From contig JAVJQW010000021.1 in assembly GCA_040218735.1 (NCBI GenBank), positions 27,629 through 91,628 of the forward strand: a DNA stretch of 64,000 nucleotides. Reading direction: 5' to 3'. The notes beneath the pieces are model-generated. The model did no database searches and was not told the origin of the DNA. It worked only from the letters and a program-made list of their open reading frames with translations. Origin of the DNA: Deltaproteobacteria bacterium (GTDB lineage Bacteria; Myxococcota; Kuafuiibacteriia; Kuafuiibacteriales; Kuafuiibacteriaceae). Position numbers and translations under genes: made by a program. Below, one piece after another: positions 50,370-58,705 of the stretch. Within the stretch, counting starts at the first letter, position 1; each line of letters opens with the position of its first letter.

Positions 50370-52106
50370 CTAGGGCGTGTCGTTGTTGTAGCCCTCTTGG
50401 ATCCAGCGATAAATCATCTGGTACCGCGGGTCCGTGTTGTCGAAGAAGATCTTCACCGGGTGCACCGCGTCGTTCTCGAAGAGCGGCTTGGTGAGCACCA
50501 GGCTCCGACCCGTGTACTGCGGGTCCTTGTCGATGCGGTAGGGCTCGTTGTACGGGCCCGGATCCGTCGGCGCCGTGTTCACGAGCTGCTCGTACAGCGC
50601 GTTGCCATCACCGCCCATGTAGAACCCACCGGGTGCGTTCGTCTCGTCCACGCCGTTCACGTGGCACGTGTAGCAACCAGCGCCGCCGTTGCCCGCGGGC
50701 TGGTAGAGCAGCGGACGCACCTCGTTGTAGAAGCTCACCGGCGGCAACGGCGCGTTGCGAATCGCCCCGTCCTGGATCCACTTCAGGATGAGTTGGTAAC
50801 CCGGCGCCTGATCGCTCGCGAACGCGAAGATCGGGTGGTCCTGGTTGCCGTCGGCCTCGTAGAGCGGACGACGCAGCAGGTAACTCGCCGTCGGATCTTG
50901 CAGGTTCACCCGCTGCGGGTAGTTGTTCGGATCGAGCGACGCGTACGCGACGTCCGGGCCGCCGTACAGGTTCATGCCACCGGCCGGCGTCGCGCCGCCC
51001 TGGTTCGTGTGGCAGCCCTGGCAGCCGAAGCCACCCTGCGCGACCGGGAGGAACAGCGGGTAGATCTGCGAGTCGAAGTCGACGTCACCCACCGGCGGAG
51101 GCGGCGGTGCCACGCCCGTCTCGTAGATCGAAGCCCACGTCACGCCGGCGTTCGGGGCGCGGAACGCAAACACCTGCTGCGGACCGAAGTACCGCGTGTT
51201 GCCGCCGTCGTCGTAGTTGATCGAAACCTGCAGACCGAGCTGCGCGTTCGCCTGACCCATCTGCGGAATCTCGGCGAAGAAGATGTAGTAACCGCCGAGG
51301 TACTCACCCTGGCCGTTCTGATAGACCACCGAGTACTGCGCCGCTGCGGACGACGTGCCGGTGTAGTCGAGGAAGTACGGGCCACGCACGTACCACTCCG
51401 TGTTGTTCGGTCCGTAGATCGAGAAGTCGTCCCGCGCCACGTTGCCGACCGGCCGCACCGTTCCGTTACCCGCCGTGCCGTCGTCCTGAATCTGGCCGAC
51501 GATCGCCGCGTACACACACTGCTCCGTCTCGAGGCCCGGGGTCTGACAGGTGAAGGCCTGGTTGAGGTTCACGTTGTGCGCGCCGGCGATCTCGGCGAGC
51601 CACGCACCCTCCGCGATGAACAGGCGCTTCGCCGGGATCGGATCCTCCGCGGTCGTGATGAGGTTGTACGTCTGGTTGTAACCGGCGGCCGAGGCGGCGA
51701 GGGCGACCTGGCCGTTCGCGGGCAGGCGGAGCTCGTAGTTGCCGTTCGGACCGGACACGACCGTCGCCGGCGGGTTGATGCCGTACGAGATGATCGATCC
51801 GCCCTGCTGGTACTCGTTGTTGCGCGCGAGGTACGTGCCGAGCTTCGTGAGCTGACCGCTGACCACCACCTCGACCGGGGGCGGGACCTCGGGGCCACCG
51901 TCACGCGGCGGACCTGCGTCACGCGGGCCACCGTCGCGCGGGGGCTCGTTCGGCCCGCCGTCACGCGGCACGTTGTTGTTGCCGCCGTCGCGGACGACAT
52001 CCATCCCGGCGTCGCGATCGACGTTCTCGTCGTCGTCGACGTCGTTGCCGGCACAGCCGACCATCAAGAGCACGGCCGCCGCCGCGGTACCCAACTTGCG
52101 AAGCAT
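50370..52106 (-). CDS. Paralogous lipoprotein with two PSCyt1-like CxxCH modules
   Basis: IYPLF..GGFGCQGCH and VRPLLYQPAGNGGAGCYTCH; collinear with 48681-50360. Confidence 0.6.
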   Translation of the reverse strand: MLRKLGTAAAAVLLMVGCAGNDVDDDENVDRDAGMDVVRDGGNNNVPRDGGPNEPPRDGGPRDAGPPRDGGPEVPPPVEVVVSGQLTKLGTYLARNNEYQQGGSIISYGINPPATVVSGPNGNYELRLPANGQVALAASAAGYNQTYNLITTAEDPIPAKRLFIAEGAWLAEIAGAHNVNLNQAFTCQTPGLETEQCVYAAIVGQIQDDGTAGNGTVRPVGNVARDDFSIYGPNNTEWYVRGPYFLDYTGTSSAAAQYSVVYQNGQGEYLGGYYIFFAEIPQMGQANAQLGLQVSINYDDGGNTRYFGPQQVFAFRAPNAGVTWASIYETGVAPPPPPVGDVDFDSQIYPLFLPVAQGGFGCQGCHTNQGGATPAGGMNLYGGPDVAYASLDPNNYPQRVNLQDPTASYLLRRPLYEADGNQDHPIFAFASDQAPGYQLILKWIQDGAIRNAPLPPVSFYNEVRPLLYQPAGNGGAGCYTCHVNGVDETNAPGGFYMGGDGNALYEQLVNTAPTDPGPYNEPYRIDKDPQYTGRSLVLTKPLFENDAVHPVKIFFDNTDPRYQMIYRWIQEGYNNDTP

Positions 52107-52396
52107 GAAGACCCCTTTCCCTTCGGACCCGATGAACGCTCGACCGCTGGATGCAGATCGGGCCGCACCTCTAGACAGCAAGAGTCGTTCCCGCGTGCGG
52201 TAGGCCACACCCCGTGGCTGCGCGCTGCGGATCAGGCTGCCTATATCAGGGGTTAGCGGCGCGTCGCCAGTCCGTGACCGCGGCGGCCCTCACGGATCGG
52301 GGGGCCGGCGCATCACCGGGTGGTGATTCGAGTCCCCAGCGGGGTGGGTCGATCCTCGGATAACCACATCGCGCACAATGTACGACATTTGGGCCA

Positions 52397-54229
52397 ATGG
52401 AGAGCACCACCGCGACTCTGGCCACGCTCGACGCAGGGATCGTCATCGGATTCCTCCTCACGGTGACGGTCATCGGCTACGCCCTATCGAAGGCCGCCTC
52501 GGGCGGGCTGGAGGACTACTTCCTCGGGGGCCGCAAGATCCCCTGGTACGTCCTCGGCATCTCCACCGCCACGAGCAACTTCGACATGGCGGGCACGATG
52601 ATCATCGTCGCGATGGTCTTCACGCTCGGCTACAAGGGCTTCCTCGTGGAGATCCGCGGCGGCGTCGGGCTGTCGCTCGCGTTCCTGATGGTCTTCCTCG
52701 GCAAGTGGCTCCGCCGCAGCCGCGTGATGACCTCCGCCGAGTGGATGAAGCTCCGCTTCGGCACCGACCGCCAGGGCCGCTCCGCGCACCTGCTGTCGGC
52801 GATCGCGAACATCGTCCTCTCCGTCGGCATGATCATCTACTTCTCGAAGGGCGCCGGGAAGTTCCTCACGCACTTCATCCCGCTGTCCGAGGTCACGTGC
52901 ACGTCGATCATGGTCGGCGTCGGTCTGTTCTACACTCTACTCAGTGGATTGTACGGCGTGGTCTTCACCGACGTCGTGCAGATGGTCCTTCTGACCTTCA
53001 CAGCGATCTTCATCTCCTGGAAGGCCTACTTCATCACGGACGACGTCGTGTTCCCCGCCGGCTTCTTCGCGCTCGACGTCAACGCACCCACCGAGCTCGC
53101 CGCGCCGCTCCTCGCGAAGGACGCCTCCACCTGGGAGCCGATCATCGGGTTGTTCGGGCTGTGCGTGTTCATGTGGGTCGTGAGGACCGTGATGGAGGGC
53201 TGCGGCGGAATCGGCGGCTACACGGACCAACGATTCTTCGCCGCGCGCTCCGAGCGCGAGGCGAGCCTCCTGACGCTCGAGAGCATCATCCTCTCCGTGT
53301 TCCGCTGGACGATGGTCGCGGGCCTCGTCGTCATGGGCTACTCGCTGGTGCAGGCCGGCGGCGCGCACGCCGAGGCCATTCAGGCGGACCCGGAGCAGGT
53401 GCTCCCGATCGTCCTCGGCAAGCTCCTCCCCACCGGCATCAAGGGCATCGTGCTCGCCGGTTTGATCGCGGCCGCGATGTCGACGTTCGACTCCACGCTC
53501 AACGCCGGCGCGTCGTACATCGTGAAGGACGTCTACGAGTCGTACATCAACCCGAACGCCACTCAGAAGCAGCTCCTCGACGTGTCGCGCTGGGCGACGA
53601 TCGCGCTGTGTGTCGTGGGTGTCGCGCTCGCCGCCGTCGTCCCGAACATCAACCGCATCTGGGGCCTCATCACCATGGGCATCGGCGCCGGCCTGTTCGT
53701 GCCGCTCGTGCTCCGCTGGTACTGGCCGCGGTTCAACGGCTACGGCTTCGCCGCCGGCACCGCCGCGGGAATGGCCGCCGGCATGATCCTCAACGGCGCG
53801 CTCGCGCTCCCGCTGTACATCGCGTTCCCGTCGACGGTGGCGTCGTCGCTGGTCGTCTCGCTCGTCGTCACGTTCATGACGCCCGCCGTCGCCGAGGAGA
53901 CGCTCGTGCGCTTCTGCGTGCAGATCAACCCGTTCGGTTGGGGGCGCATCAACCGCATCGCGCAGAAGACCGGGAAGCTCGCGGCCGACGACATGTCGGC
54001 GCGCAAGGACGAGAAGAAGCGCGACGCGATCGGCGTCGTCTTCGCCGTGCCGTTCCAGCTGTCGCTGCTCATCAGCGGTATGGCGCTCATCTTCCACGAC
54101 TTCGAGAAGCTCGGGGTCACGCTCTTCATCGCGGGGATCTCGACGGTCGGCCTGTACTTCTTCTGGTTCACGAACCTGAAGTCGGAGGAGGCGTGCGCCG
54201 AAGAGGACGAGGTGTACGACGCCGCCTGA
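52397..54229 (+). CDS. Sodium:solute symporter (SSS) family transporter
   Basis: About 13 TM segments; SSS-like conserved regions. Confidence 0.8.
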   Translation: MESTTATLATLDAGIVIGFLLTVTVIGYALSKAASGGLEDYFLGGRKIPWYVLGISTATSNFDMAGTMIIVAMVFTLGYKGFLVEIRGGVGLSLAFLMVFLGKWLRRSRVMTSAEWMKLRFGTDRQGRSAHLLSAIANIVLSVGMIIYFSKGAGKFLTHFIPLSEVTCTSIMVGVGLFYTLLSGLYGVVFTDVVQMVLLTFTAIFISWKAYFITDDVVFPAGFFALDVNAPTELAAPLLAKDASTWEPIIGLFGLCVFMWVVRTVMEGCGGIGGYTDQRFFAARSEREASLLTLESIILSVFRWTMVAGLVVMGYSLVQAGGAHAEAIQADPEQVLPIVLGKLLPTGIKGIVLAGLIAAAMSTFDSTLNAGASYIVKDVYESYINPNATQKQLLDVSRWATIALCVVGVALAAVVPNINRIWGLITMGIGAGLFVPLVLRWYWPRFNGYGFAAGTAAGMAAGMILNGALALPLYIAFPSTVASSLVVSLVVTFMTPAVAEETLVRFCVQINPFGWGRINRIAQKTGKLAADDMSARKDEKKRDAIGVVFAVPFQLSLLISGMALIFHDFEKLGVTLFIAGISTVGLYFFWFTNLKSEEACAEEDEVYDAA

Positions 54230-54266
54230 CTTGCGGCCCCGGCCGCGCGCTGCAACGGTGACTCGA

Positions 54267-55685
54267 ATGATGCGCGGTCGCACCAGCCTGTTGCTGCTCG
54301 TCGGCGCCGTCGCGTGCGGCGACGACCCCGCGACCGAGTGCACGCCGAACGCCACGCAGTTCTGCACGTGCCCGCACGAAGACGGCCGCATCCTCGGCGA
54401 AGAGACGTGCTCGGCCGAAGGGGCGTGGGGCGAGTGTTCCTGCGTCGTCCCGCGTGACGGCGGACCGCCCCCCGCGCCGCGCGACGGCGGCCGCGTCCGC
54501 GACGCCGGGACCCGCGACGGGGGCGTCCCGTTGTCGTGCACGCCGCTGATGACTCGCCCGGTCACGGAGTGCGCGATCGTCGATCTCGTCGCGGGCTCCA
54601 CGCACACCTGTGTGTTGCGCGCCGCGGGTGAAGTGAACTGCTTCGGCGTCGACGACGACGGACGCCTCGGCCGGGACGGCGTCGCCGCGCCCTCGGCCTG
54701 GACGCGCGACGATCTCCTCCCGGTGCCGGGTCTCGCGGCGACGTCGATCGCCGCGCGCAACGACTACACTTGCGCGATCGACGAGGCGGGCGCCGCGTGG
54801 TGCTTCGGGTCGAACGCGTTCGGCAAGCTCGGCACCGGCACCACCGCCGAAGATCTCGCGAACATCGATCGGCCGACGCGGGTGGTCCAGGTCCGCGCCG
54901 CGCTCCAGCTCGCGCTCGGCGCGAATCACGCGTGCGCGCGTGACCCGGGCGGGCTGTCGTGCTGGGGCTCCAACGAACACGGCCAGCTCGGGCGCAACGT
55001 GGACGGCACCGCGTTGCCCGAAGATCCCACGCCGATGAAGCTCGAACCGCTCGGCCCGGTCGTCGACGTCGCGGCCGGCGACGGCTTCACGTGTGCGATC
55101 AACGCGAGCGGCCGCATCGTGTGTTTTGGTCGCAACGACGAAGGTCAGCTCGGCGACGGGACGATGAACCCGAACAACGCGTCGGTGCCGTCGCTCATCC
55201 CGGGCGAGCGCACGGGGAGCGCCGTCGCCGCGGGCCGGCGCCACACCTGCGCGATCCTCGACGACACCACGGTGTGGTGCTGGGGGAACAACGCCGCCGG
55301 TCAGCTCGCGCTCGAGCTGAGGACGGAGCGCAGCACGACGCCGCAGCGCGTGGACATCACGTTCGACGCGCCGCTCGATCGCGCGGTCGCGATCCGCGCG
55401 GCCGGTGACCAGACCTGCGTGCGACGCGACGACGACACGGTGGTGTGCTGGGGCGCCGCGTCGACGTTCTGCGATCCGGACGGCGGCGGCATCACGGTCG
55501 CCCCGCGCTCCGTGGGCTGGTTCGGACCGTACGCCCGCGCCGTCGGCGTCGGCGACGGCCACGTCTGCGCGCTGCGCCGCGATCGCCTCGTGCAGTGCAT
55601 CGGCGCGAACCTGGGCGGCCAGAGCGCCCCAGAAGCGCCCGACGCGTCGTGCGAGCACGACGACCCGATCGCGATCCTCCCCTGA
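54267..55685 (+). CDS. RCC1-repeat lipoprotein
   Basis: Repeated ..C.G.N..GQLG.. blades; LLLLVGAVACGDD lipobox. Confidence 0.6.
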   Translation: MMRGRTSLLLLVGAVACGDDPATECTPNATQFCTCPHEDGRILGEETCSAEGAWGECSCVVPRDGGPPPAPRDGGRVRDAGTRDGGVPLSCTPLMTRPVTECAIVDLVAGSTHTCVLRAAGEVNCFGVDDDGRLGRDGVAAPSAWTRDDLLPVPGLAATSIAARNDYTCAIDEAGAAWCFGSNAFGKLGTGTTAEDLANIDRPTRVVQVRAALQLALGANHACARDPGGLSCWGSNEHGQLGRNVDGTALPEDPTPMKLEPLGPVVDVAAGDGFTCAINASGRIVCFGRNDEGQLGDGTMNPNNASVPSLIPGERTGSAVAAGRRHTCAILDDTTVWCWGNNAAGQLALELRTERSTTPQRVDITFDAPLDRAVAIRAAGDQTCVRRDDDTVVCWGAASTFCDPDGGGITVAPRSVGWFGPYARAVGVGDGHVCALRRDRLVQCIGANLGGQSAPEAPDASCEHDDPIAILP

Positions 55686-57142
55686 CTAGTTACGACTTGG
55701 CCACATCGCAGGAGGCCCGCGGGGCGGCTCACACGCGGCGAGGTCGAGGAACGTCTTCGTCGACCTGACATCGCTCCCGAGGAGCGATGGGGGAGCGCTC
55801 GGCGCGTGTGACGGCGGTCGGTATCGACTCGAGCGGTTCGTTGGTGGTCGCGGGCTGGTGACGGGGAGAGGGCTCGGCGGACGCCGTGCGCCACGAGGAC
55901 GGGCGTCGTGCTCCTGGATGAAGTCGCAGCGTCGACTCGCGAGGGGGCCGTGCCGGCCGTCGGTCGTTGCGCTGAGATTCGGGCGAGCGTCCTCGCGCTC
56001 AGTTGGCGGAGGATGCTCTCTTGTTCGAAGCTCAGGCGCTCGGGGTGGAGTTCTGAAACTCATTCGCTTCAGTGGAATATACTTGACTCACGCCCGACAA
56101 CACTGTCTGCTCAATCAAGTCGGATGCAGCTTGCGTTTCATCTCAGGACTTGGGGCGGACGACGCAAGGGGGCGGGTCGTAAGCCGGTCGGCGCTCGCGC
56201 CGGCGTTTCGCACCGCACTCGCCCCTCCGTATCCGTACATCAACCGCTGCACGTGACGCTTCGGGTACGGGAAGCCGTTCCGAACCTGAGGACCTCGACC
56301 ATGTTCCGCGCAGTTCGGGTCGCGCTGGAGGCCGGGGCCGAGCGCTTCGGTTTTCGACTCGTGCACTTCTCGGTGCTCCGGAACCACCTGCACCTGATCG
56401 CTGAGGCCGACGACAAGGTGGCGCTCGCGCGGGGGATGAAGGGGTTGAAGGTTCGGGTCGCGCGGGCGATCAACCGGGTCGCGGGACGGCGCGGGACGGT
56501 GTTCTCGGACCGCTACTATGCGCAGGCGCTCCGTTCGCCTTCTCAGACGCGAAACGCGCTGGCCTACGTGCTCAGCAACTTTCGCAAACACGAAGCCCAG
56601 CGGGGGCGGCGGCTCGCGCGGGGCTTCATCGATCCCTGCTCTTCCGCCGCCGCGTTCGACGGGTGGCGCGAGCGCGACGCCGGGCCGTCGACGCTAGCGC
56701 GGGCGGTCGGCTGGATGCTGCGGAAGGGGTGGCGAAAGCGTGGGCTGCTCTCGGTGGCTGCTGTGCCTGGCGAGGGGCTGCCGCGGAGGGCGTGCCTGCG
56801 CGAGTGTAGCCGAGACCTCGGCGCTCTCGGACGTGGGTGACGTGTCCCTCGACGAGCGCGAACCGAACGTGCACGCGCGGCGCCCGCCCGGGTCCAAGCG
56901 TAGCGACCAAAGACCGGCGCGGCTCCCACGCGACTCAGCGCACTGAGTTCCATCCTCGAGCTGTCCTTTGGCACGGCCGTCGTGAGGCCCTCTCCCCGTC
57001 ACCAGCCGGCGATCAAACAACGAACCGCTCGAGCCGACACCGACCGCCGTCACGCCCGCCCCGAGCCGGCCCCCTCCTCGGGAGCGAAGTCACGTCGAGC
57101 TCGAGCGTCGCTGCGTATCCGCCTCGCTCGATGTGGCCAAGT
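55686..57142 (+). mobile_element. 1.46-kb element carrying a Y1/HUH (IS200-RAYT-like) transposase, bounded by a 22-bp perfect terminal IR and ~200-bp imperfect subterminal IRs
   Basis: TAGTTACGACTTGGCCACATCG at 55687-55708 equals the reverse complement of 57119-57140. Inward matches include TCGCTCCCGAGGAG, GTGACGGCGGTCGG..CTCGAGCGGTTCGTTG and GGCTGGTGACGGGGAGAGGG on both arms. Sits exactly between two convergent gene stops. Confidence 0.7.
56124..56840 (+). CDS. Y1 (HUH) transposase, IS200/IS605-TnpA / REP-associated tyrosine transposase-like
   Basis: HUH motif RNHLHLI; catalytic Tyr region SDRYYAQAL; N-terminal extension RRKGAGRKP...HPLHVTLRV. Confidence 0.7.
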   Translation: MQLAFHLRTWGGRRKGAGRKPVGARAGVSHRTRPSVSVHQPLHVTLRVREAVPNLRTSTMFRAVRVALEAGAERFGFRLVHFSVLRNHLHLIAEADDKVALARGMKGLKVRVARAINRVAGRRGTVFSDRYYAQALRSPSQTRNALAYVLSNFRKHEAQRGRRLARGFIDPCSSAAAFDGWRERDAGPSTLARAVGWMLRKGWRKRGLLSVAAVPGEGLPRRACLRECSRDLGALGRG

Positions 57143-57147
57143 CGTAA

Positions 57148-58167
57148 CTAAGAAGGCCGCGGCACCGTGCTTCGGTTGCTGCTCGCGGCGAGGGCGAACT
57201 CGCGCAGCTCGCTCGGTTTGCCCACGACGACGGCGATGTCTCCGGCGCTCAGCTCCGTCGTGCGGTCGAGCGACGTCATGAGGTGGCCGTCGGGCCGGCG
57301 GATGGCGACGATGAGGATGCGGTGGCGCTCCGGGATGTTCAGCGCGCCGAGCGTGCCGTGGTAGCTCGGGTCGTCGCCGATCTCCACGTCCTCGATCTCC
57401 AGCTCCGAGTGGTTGCGGCCCACCGCCTGGTCGACGAGCTGCGCGGCGTGCGGGCTCACCAGCCCCTGCGCCATGCGCGCGCCGCTGATGCCGTACGGGT
57501 TCACGACCGCGCTCGCGCCGGCGCGAATGGCCTTCTGCACCGAGGTCGCCTCGTCGACGCGCGTGATGATGTGGAGGTTCGGGTTCATCTGTCGCGCGGA
57601 CAGCGTGATGAAGATGTTCGTGGCGTCCGAGCCCGTCGCGGCGGCGAGGCCGCGCGCGCGTTCGATCGCAGCTTCGCGCAACACGTCGTCGGCCGTGCCG
57701 TCCTGTTCGAGGCGCATCGCGAGGAGGCGAGAGAGGTCCTCGCCGGCGTGCGGCTCCGGGTCGATGCCCACCACCACGCGCCCGCGGTGACTAAGCTCCT
57801 CGGCGACCTCGTGTCCGAGGCGACCGAGGCCGACGACGATGAAGTGTCCCTGGAGTCGATTCATGGTGCGCCTCCGTCTGCGCGCTTGGATCTGTGCCGC
57901 GAGCTCACCGTCGATCACCCAGCGCGTCACCTGCGTCGCGGTGAACGTCACGAGCCCGACGCCCGAGATGATCAACCCCATGGTGTAGATGCGACCGAGG
58001 TCGGAGAGCGGGTGGACCTCGCCGAACCCGATCGTGGTCATCGTCGTGAGCACCATCCAGGCGCAGTCGAGCCAAGGCCACCCCTCGACGATGCGGTAGC
58101 CGATCGTCCCGCCGATGAGCACCAGCGCGAGCCAGATGACCGACCACCTGAGTTTTCCGAGCAGCAT
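57148..58167 (-). CDS. Potassium channel with an RCK/TrkA domain
   Basis: Two TM helices plus pore TTIGFGE; RCK Rossmann IVVGLGRLG; TrkA-C. Confidence 0.7.
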   Translation of the reverse strand: MLLGKLRWSVIWLALVLIGGTIGYRIVEGWPWLDCAWMVLTTMTTIGFGEVHPLSDLGRIYTMGLIISGVGLVTFTATQVTRWVIDGELAAQIQARRRRRTMNRLQGHFIVVGLGRLGHEVAEELSHRGRVVVGIDPEPHAGEDLSRLLAMRLEQDGTADDVLREAAIERARGLAAATGSDATNIFITLSARQMNPNLHIITRVDEATSVQKAIRAGASAVVNPYGISGARMAQGLVSPHAAQLVDQAVGRNHSELEIEDVEIGDDPSYHGTLGALNIPERHRILIVAIRRPDGHLMTSLDRTTELSAGDIAVVVGKPSELREFALAASSNRSTVPRPS

Positions 58168-58179
58168 GGGGGCGCCCGA

Positions 58180-58590
58180 TCAGTTGCGCCACTCCCAGCG
58201 CACCGAAGGATCCTTCGTCACGCGCTGTCGCCCCGCGAAGCCGGTCGAGAGCGGGTGCCACCACTCCACACGAGGCTCGCCGACGCGCCAGCAGAGGTAC
58301 ACGTACTCACCGTTGCGCAGGGCGGGGAAGTCGACGAGCCCGGCGTCCAGACCCTTCACTTCCACGCCGACCTCGGTGAGCTCTTCGATGCAACGCATCG
58401 CTTCCGCGCGATGCTCTTCGATCTCTTCCGCGGGCACCTTGGAGGCGTCCTCGGCGTGCTGCACGCGGTCGCGGATCCGACGCTGATGCTCGGCCGCGCG
58501 CGACATGAGCTTGCGGACGCGCGGGAGCATCGCGTTCGCTTCGTCCGGCGTGAAATACCGGCGCGGGGGATCGACGTCGCGGAACAGCAT
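58180..58590 (-). CDS. DUF2203-like protein
   Basis: RYFTPDEANAMLP...YVYLCWRVGEPRVEWWH; the N-terminal 84 aa of the ORF is Pro-rich artefact overlapping the GH92 start. Confidence 0.45.
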   Translation of the reverse strand: MLFRDVDPPRRYFTPDEANAMLPRVRKLMSRAAEHQRRIRDRVQHAEDASKVPAEEIEEHRAEAMRCIEELTEVGVEVKGLDAGLVDFPALRNGEYVYLCWRVGEPRVEWWHPLSTGFAGRQRVTKDPSVRWEWRN

Positions 58591-58705
58591 GTCCTCGGGA
58601 TCGTTGTATGCCTGCTCCCTCTCGAGCTGTACAGTTTTGGGGCCGGAGCCCCCTGGGGCGGCCGCCCCTTGTTCGGGGGCCGGTGACCGGCGTACACCAT
58701 CGATC

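Noticed and set aside
56694-57151. ORFs inside the right arm of the transposon-like element
   Set aside because: They encode the same MWPSRN tail as the mirror ORF on the left arm, so they are products of the inverted repeat rather than genes.
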